The position numbers were made by a program, and so were the translations under genes. The notes under the pieces are model-generated. The model did no database searches, had not been told where the DNA came from, and was given only the letters and a program-made list of their open reading frames with translations. A stretch of 62,532 nt of DNA, filler included, from Stramenopiles sp. TOSAG23-3 (Eukaryota), in NCBI GenBank assembly GCA_900128585.1. It is 3 parts of 3 records of this genome, joined end to end, with 100 filler letters (N's around TTAATTAATTAA, not from the genome) between each part and the next. Parts side by side here need not be neighbours in the genome. Positions count along the whole stretch, not along the records: positions 41,910 to 62,532 come from LT642371.1; 2 more parts are not named here. One strand, 5' to 3'. The first letter of the stretch is position 1. Each line of letters begins with the position of its first letter. This document shows positions 56,423 to 62,532 of this stretch, piece after piece.

Positions 56423-59416
56423 TTAACCGCGGCGCTTGCTGAGCCTCCACATGTCTTTCGGACGAAACCGGTCGAACAAAGGCTCTATCTTCTCTTTTCG
56501 CTTTGCATTGGACAAGCGATTCGGGTCACTTCGTTTGTAAAACTGGGGGGCAAGCTCTACCAGCCATTTCGGGTCAATAGCCATAACACTTCGCATGTAC
56601 TCCTTCGTCGTCACAACAAGCTCGTGATAAATGACCCACTCAGGGTTCTTGTTAAACAAGGCGCTAGAAGGGTGCAAGTAAACCGGCTGCCCTTCTACCA
56701 TCGTGCGGTAGCCTTCCTGCGGGTCTCGCTTGGCGCAGTTCGTGAAATAACCACTGACAATAGCGCGCGACACTTTGGTGTAGTCCCTGCCCGTTGAAAT
56801 GATGTCGTACCGATGCTTGTTCATCAATCCGACCAATTGTGTCCGGATGTCTTTCGCTCGGGCTAAAATGCGGGCTTGGACGTAATTCTCATGGCACCAG
56901 TGCGCGGAACATTTGTTTCGTACCCAAGAATCGTAAACTGTCAAAAGCATCATATGGTCCCCCTCCGGCTGGAAAAATTTTGCTTTCTTTTGGTCTGCTG
57001 CAGCTTGTTTTTCTTTGGGACGGTAAAATACATTGTCTATTGAAAGCATACTAGCAACCGTTAACACCTCTTCGCTGCACCCCAGCTCCACCGAAATGAT
57101 CAATATTTTCGAGAGCTGCGGCTCCAGCGGAAAATCCGCCATTTTTCGCCCGAGCCTAGTAAGGAGCCCCTCCTCCCCCAAGGCTCCCAGCGCGTGCAAT
57201 AGCTTCATTGCCGTCAACAGCGATTCGGCAGGTGGAGGGTCCATGAAATCAAACGACATCATGTCGTGTATCCCCATGGCTTTCATTGACAGAACAACGT
57301 TTCCTAAGTTGCTGCGCTGGATTTCTGGGACCGGGCTTGGCAACATCTCATTGTTGTACGCGTTTTCGGTAAAGAGTCGGTAGCACTTCCCGGGACCGGT
57401 GCGCCCTGCACGACCCGCACGTTGGCGCGCGGATGCTTGCGAGCACGGAACAACTACGAGCGAGTCCATTGAGGTGCGGGCATTGTACAGCTTCTCCTTG
57501 CAGAAGCCCGGGTCGACTACGTACAATATTCCATCAATGGTCAAGGATGCCTCCGCAATGTTAGTCGCGACGACAACCTTTCGTGACCCTTTGGGCGCTG
57601 GTTCGAAAATTCTAGTTTGCATTTCCGAGGGCAACGCACTGTACACTGGCAAAACGATCAATTCGGGCACACTTTTCCCGAGCTGTTTCATGCGGTTGTA
57701 CAGCGTCTCACATGCGGTGTCGATTTCTTCCTGCCCGGTCAAAAACACCAGAATGTCCCCAGGGGGTTCGCTCAGGTGGATCTGCATCACCGTGATAAGT
57801 GCGGCCTCCAGGTAGTCCGGCTCGGGCTCTTTCGTGTACATGACATCCACGGGAAACGTACGGCCAGGAATGCGAAATATTGGGCAAGAGAAAAAGTAAG
57901 AAGAAAATTTTTGAGCGTCTAAAGTCGCGCTGGTGACGATCAATTTTAACGACTTACGCCTCCGAAGCAGTTGCTTCAGTAGCCCAAACAGCACGTCCGT
58001 GTGAATCGTCCTTTCGTGGGCCTCGTCCAGCATGATCGCGCTGTAGCGGCTCAACCGATTGTCCATCAAATACTCCCGCATCAGCATCCCATCCGTCATA
58101 TACTTGATCATCGTCTCTTTGCTGGTGCAATCGTCAAAACGAATGTTATACCCGACTTCTTCTCCAAGCCTGCATCCGTACTCCTCAGCAACACGCTTTG
58201 CAACACTCGTTGCAGCGACACGGCGTGGTTGCGTGCATCCAATAATCCCGTGCTTGGAAAACCCCATCTCGGCGAGGTACTGCGTCATTTGAGTCGTTTT
58301 CCCTGAGCCAGTCTCACCGATTACCACTAATATCTGATTGTTCCTCAACGCCTCAACGAGCTGCTTTTTCAATTTGAATATTGGAAGCGACTCACGCTGG
58401 GCTTTTATATTCACCCCTTCATTCTTATAGCCATAAGACACACCCTTGTACCGCGTTTCGTTCTTCCACGCAGGCATGGACAGCTCGGTCGAAAGTCCAA
58501 TACCCCGCAACTCTTCGGCAAGGTGCCGTTCCCCTGGGTTTGCCATTGGGTCGTGCCACGGCCGGTTAAGGTCCTTTGGAATGCTATCTAGAATCTCCTG
58601 CTCTTGGGCCTGTCGAACCTCCCGGCGCTCCCGGGATAGCACCGTCTGCTGCTCGGCCGCCTTGTGCATCGACCCGTTGGGAACTTTTACCACAGGGGCG
58701 GGCTTGCTTTTTGCCAAAAGCTGCACCGACCCCTTTAAGAAAATGGGCTCGGCTTCGTTGAGTTCTATGTCCAGCTGCGCCTCCGTCTCCTCAAAGCCTA
58801 GCACCCCTTCCTCCGCATCAAAGTCAGGGTAATCTTCCACGCTCAGAACCCCAGAACGGATCAATTGCTGGATCTCCCAACGCTCGTAGTCTCCCATTTG
58901 CTGCTTTGGTCGTTTGGCAGACTTTTTCTTGGCCGACCCACTATCGGTCGATTTACCCAGGTCGTTTCTGGGAGGGCTCCCAGGCCGCCTCCGTTTTCCC
59001 AAAGGGATTGCATTCGAAGCGGTCCCGTAACGCCTCTGATCAACGCTCTTCTTCCTGATCTCTTGGGTGACCGTTGGATGCGACGATACCTTCGGCAATG
59101 TGCTCTCGTATGACATACGGACCGAGCTTGTTGGCTTTTGCGCAGGTTTTGAGGACCCAGCGCCCTGTTGCTTCCCCCCGTCGAGGTTCACCCCGTTGGC
59201 GGTTGCAATCATTTTGTAGAGCGTTTCAAACAGTTCACTTGAAAAAGACGCCCCGTTGGACTCCAAGGCCTCCAAAAACTTGCCTTTGTCAAACTTACAT
59301 TCATCAGCAAGATGAACTACAAATTCTGCCAAGTTTATATCCCCCATCCCAAGTTGAGCATTCAACTCCTTCTTCACTTTCCCCACGAGCGCAAGCTTCA
59401 CGAACGCCGCCGCCAT
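56423..59416 (-). CDS. DHX8: Pre-mRNA splicing DEAH helicase DHX8/Prp22
   Basis: [49 protein letters not shown]; Prp22-type [13 protein letters not shown] and IEPL..RF...WRLS. Confidence 0.96.
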   Translation of the reverse strand: MAAAFVKLALVGKVKKELNAQLGMGDINLAEFVVHLADECKFDKGKFLEALESNGASFSSELFETLYKMIATANGVNLDGGKQQGAGSSKPAQKPTSSVRMSYESTLPKVSSHPTVTQEIRKKSVDQRRYGTASNAIPLGKRRRPGSPPRNDLGKSTDSGSAKKKSAKRPKQQMGDYERWEIQQLIRSGVLSVEDYPDFDAEEGVLGFEETEAQLDIELNEAEPIFLKGSVQLLAKSKPAPVVKVPNGSMHKAAEQQTVLSRERREVRQAQEQEILDSIPKDLNRPWHDPMANPGERHLAEELRGIGLSTELSMPAWKNETRYKGVSYGYKNEGVNIKAQRESLPIFKLKKQLVEALRNNQILVVIGETGSGKTTQMTQYLAEMGFSKHGIIGCTQPRRVAATSVAKRVAEEYGCRLGEEVGYNIRFDDCTSKETMIKYMTDGMLMREYLMDNRLSRYSAIMLDEAHERTIHTDVLFGLLKQLLRRRKSLKLIVTSATLDAQKFSSYFFSCPIFRIPGRTFPVDVMYTKEPEPDYLEAALITVMQIHLSEPPGDILVFLTGQEEIDTACETLYNRMKQLGKSVPELIVLPVYSALPSEMQTRIFEPAPKGSRKVVVATNIAEASLTIDGILYVVDPGFCKEKLYNARTSMDSLVVVPCSQASARQRAGRAGRTGPGKCYRLFTENAYNNEMLPSPVPEIQRSNLGNVVLSMKAMGIHDMMSFDFMDPPPAESLLTAMKLLHALGALGEEGLLTRLGRKMADFPLEPQLSKILIISVELGCSEEVLTVASMLSIDNVFYRPKEKQAAADQKKAKFFQPEGDHMMLLTVYDSWVRNKCSAHWCHENYVQARILARAKDIRTQLVGLMNKHRYDIISTGRDYTKVSRAIVSGYFTNCAKRDPQEGYRTMVEGQPVYLHPSSALFNKNPEWVIYHELVVTTKEYMRSVMAIDPKWLVELAPQFYKRSDPNRLSNAKRKEKIEPLFDRFRPKDMWRLSKRRG

Positions 59417-59801
59417 TGCTTCCTGATCCTCTGCCTTTTCCTATACACAAAACCAAGAAAAGCTTGTGCTAGTGAACATACGATGACAAGTGGTATGTGT
59501 GTTTGTATTATAGCTTGGATGATTGTGTTTAGCTATGTTCACACAGTCTTTCGCCAATTTAAAAATATATGTATAGTATAAGAAGGTAGGTAATGGAAGA
59601 CTATTTTCACTTTCTCCGCATTCATATTTTGCTTCCAAACCATTGTGAATACTACTAATTTTATTATAATAGACTAATAATAATAAATATAATAATTCAT
59701 ATACAGTAGTAGTAGAAGAGAAGAAGAGAGATGTATTTTACTTCCCATTTGTTCGTATTGTGTGGGTGGTGTAAAAAGTTAATGTTTTGTTTAAATATTA
59801 A

Positions 59802-60051
59802 GGATATAATTGCAACTATATCCTATCAAATATGACCCTTCGGGACGCCTGGCAGGGGGTTGGAGCCGATCGTGTGTGTTGCTAAGGCTTCGTATAGACA
59901 CAGCAAGTTTCGCTATGCTGTTTTCGTTCGCCTGATCACACCCACTAAGGCGATTGATTATTAACGAAAGGGTTAAGGCGGCGTCCAGAACGGTCATCTC
60001 AATGTTTTCATAGGATATATGTAATGAATGGTCAATTTAATGGAATATCCC
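59802..60051. other. Nested inverted-repeat element: candidate structured ncRNA or MITE
   Basis: Three nested arm pairs (GGATAT/ATATCC, TATATCCTAT/ATAGGATATA, ATGACCCTTCGGGACGCC/GGCGTCCAGAACGGTCAT) enclose further hairpins in a GC-balanced island within an AT-rich spacer. Confidence 0.55.
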
Positions 60052-60785
60052 TTAATTCCTACTTAAAAAAAGAGAGATTTTCCAGATTTGTCCGTCCACC
60101 CCAAACGAGCCTTAACACGAATCCAATATCGGTACTAATTAATCTATTAATAAATATTATTATTGTTATAAATATTTTTTTTCGGTCTTCGTCGACCACC
60201 ATAATTCTTGATGACAGTAGAACGACCAATAATTTTTTTTTATTATAATATTTATTCTATTTTTTTTAAGGACATCATCGGGGACAGTCGTCGGAAAATA
60301 ATAAAGAAATAAAAAAACACCTAAAAAAATCTTCTTACTATCTTATTTTGGATGCTATTAGATGTTATTTTGTTGAGATTATATTTTCGAACAGATTTGC
60401 CTATCTAATATATGCTTATTTACATACTTGTAAAATACTATACACTACAATTGTAAGAAGAAAAAAAAGATTTTGATGTTACTTTTCGTTATCTCTAAGA
60501 GATAAAACAAGTGACAATTGCCTATATAACGGGTTTCTCACGTTTTTTATATTGGCAATGGGTACGTCGATCTTCTTCTCATGAACAACAAAATCAACAA
60601 AGCAATCATCAAATGAAACAAACACAAATGATTCTACCGAACGTTGTTAGTCGAGTAATTCCAGTTTAAATTACTTATTACCACAGTTCCGTACAGGGGT
60701 TAACAAGGGTATGTGTGTGTAGACGTGGCCGCTTGCATTCGTCGTTGGTGGTAAAATATATAATAGAGATTGAATAAGGCTTGCG

Positions 60786-61952
60786 ATGGACCCTTCTGGC
60801 ATACCTTGGCAGAATACGACGAAGCCATTCTTGCATACGCAGGAGGAAGTGATTTACACTTTGGTTCGTATTAGTTCGGGGTTGTCTGCGATTGGGTCGC
60901 TCTTTATTTTAATCACCTGGTTCCTATTTAGCGATTTGCATTTTTTCAGTCGAAAGCTTATTGTATACATCAGTATCACAGACTTGGCAAGTTCCATCAC
61001 TTTCTTTTATGGGACCTTTCTAAACGGGTACCAGGAGGGAACGTCCCCGACGACTGGTTGCATAGTTCAAGGGATGCTGATCCAATTCTTCTACTTGGCT
61101 TCCTACATGTGGACTGGGTGTTTGGCGATGCACCTTTATCAAATTTTGATTAAAAAGGTCGACAACGCAGAACAGTTCGAGAAGTGGTATCATCTTTTCG
61201 CTTGGGGCTTGCCCCTTTCCATTTGCGGATATTTGTTGTACAGGGAGTTGCATGGGGCGTCCATACTGGGAGGGGCAGACAGGGCATGGTGCTGGATTGC
61301 AGATCATAGTTCGCGTAATTTGACATGGGAAGAGAAGGGCGTATTTGAGCAATTTCTCTGCTTTTATGTTCCGCAAGTGCTGGTGTTTGCGGTCAATGCT
61401 TCCCTCTACAGTATCTTGATCCGACAGGTCAAGGGTTCCCAGCTCGGCGACAAGATCAGGAAACGTTTGCTCTGGTACTTGCTGGCATTTTTGTTCGTAG
61501 CAGTGTGGGGGTTGATTCATAGAGTTTACCAGGTATTTATCCCCGACCACAAGCCATCTTATGTCCTCAGTATAGCAGAATCCTTCTTCGGCCCGTTACA
61601 AGGGTTTCTGAATTGCATTGTGTATGGGCTAAGCAAAAAGATCGCAGCGCGATACTGCAAACTCTGGGTGCAGCAGGGAACTGCCCAAGAAAGTTATTAC
61701 TCGTCTCACGCTAGCAGCAACAATGGCTCGTTTGTAATGAACGAAGAGAGCCATGATGGAGATGCCTGCATGGAGCGAGGAAGCTCATTTCGGGCTTCAC
61801 CCCCCATGCTTGTCGATACACAACATCCCCAGTACCATGCACTGCTAAATGCAGCCGTAGGTGGAGGAGAGTACGGCCATTACAGCCCCAGCCCCACGCG
61901 GCAGCAACCGATCATCGCGCCTGTCCCTAGACGACAGCTGGAGGACATATAA
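60786..61952 (+). CDS. Seven-TM GPCR, cAMP-receptor/GCR1-like
   Basis: LS.IGS.FI, KLI.YISI.DL, C..QG...QFF.LAS..WT, YH...WGLP, WCWI, PLQGFLN.IVYG. Confidence 0.9.
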   Translation: MDPSGIPWQNTTKPFLHTQEEVIYTLVRISSGLSAIGSLFILITWFLFSDLHFFSRKLIVYISITDLASSITFFYGTFLNGYQEGTSPTTGCIVQGMLIQFFYLASYMWTGCLAMHLYQILIKKVDNAEQFEKWYHLFAWGLPLSICGYLLYRELHGASILGGADRAWCWIADHSSRNLTWEEKGVFEQFLCFYVPQVLVFAVNASLYSILIRQVKGSQLGDKIRKRLLWYLLAFLFVAVWGLIHRVYQVFIPDHKPSYVLSIAESFFGPLQGFLNCIVYGLSKKIAARYCKLWVQQGTAQESYYSSHASSNNGSFVMNEESHDGDACMERGSSFRASPPMLVDTQHPQYHALLNAAVGGGEYGHYSPSPTRQQPIIAPVPRRQLEDI

Positions 61953-62155
61953 TATTAGCAGCAGCGAAGACAATTTTAACACAAAAGAACTTAATAAACA
62001 AAATACTGGCTGTGTTGACTGTTAATCTTTATCTTAGGAATATCTAAAACCTTACGTAAGAAGAATACATTTTATAATATCGAACAAATAATACGAGAAA
62101 TTAAAAAAAACAAAATGCGTAAAATATGCTTTTTCCTCTTCTCTATAATTTAATA

Positions 62156-62437
62156 TCCCTGACTGGTTTACAGGACAGACAACGAGCGCCTTTAAAACAT
62201 TCACGCCGCTGCTTGGAAAATTACACAATGGCTGATTCATTTATGAGTGTGGCATCGGATGAGGAAGTTGACTACGGGTCTTTTGACATCGATACAATTC
62301 CACACACCGATTCGGATCATGCATAGAGAACAGAGATGAGAATGATAATAAAGACTAAGTGACAAGGGTATTATTGATTTTAGTAAAATCTCAGGAGCAG
62401 AGATAACTTCGCAGTATAAAAGAAGATAAATTTTAAC
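62156..62437 (+). repeat. Copy of the dispersed repeat family downstream of the GPCR
   Basis: Aligns with 48567-48790 and 24398-24560; encodes SLTGLQDRQRAPLKHSRRCL...SDEEVDYGSFDID. Confidence 0.9.
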
Positions 62438-62532
62438 TTGGGAGAGACATACTAATATGTCCTGGAAATCGCTGACCGGCCTAGCCGTTTAGGATTCCCA
62501 GAAGGTACACTTACATCTGTATGTGTATACGA

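Overview
Eukaryotic nuclear DNA, gene-dense and nearly intron-free. Coding regions are GC-rich and spacers are very AT-rich with microsatellites. It probably comes from a flagellated protist: IFT56 and IFT54 are present, and a stramenopile-like origin is my inference only. Two 100-nt N spacers carrying TTAATTAATTAA (20861-20960, 41810-41909) indicate three artificially joined contigs. About 26 protein genes are supported, including a Rh-type ammonium transporter, DNA ligase I, kinesin-7, IFT56, a TylF-type O-methyltransferase, an ABC1 kinase, a carotenoid oxygenase, an EF-hand/SAM MAP3K, TMEM14, an RBBP6-like DWNN protein, IFT54 with a duplicated CH domain, NSUN2, DNAJB12/14, NOSIP, an ankyrin/FYVE-like protein, YKT6, DHX8/Prp22 and a GPCR. 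No tRNA, rRNA or CRISPR array was recognised. Main unexplained signals: (1) a dispersed, degenerate repeat family found just downstream of gene 3' ends, with a recurring SDEEVDY-like peptide and a near-invariant 26-nt end motif; (2) a ~250-nt nested inverted-repeat/structured-RNA candidate at 59.8-60.05 kb; (3) TAGACTA and TACAGTA motifs concentrated in promoter-side spacers; (4) five frameshifts, all at G/C homopolymers of 9-12 nt; (5) several unusual domain architectures. All calls are by eye from motifs; no searches were run.
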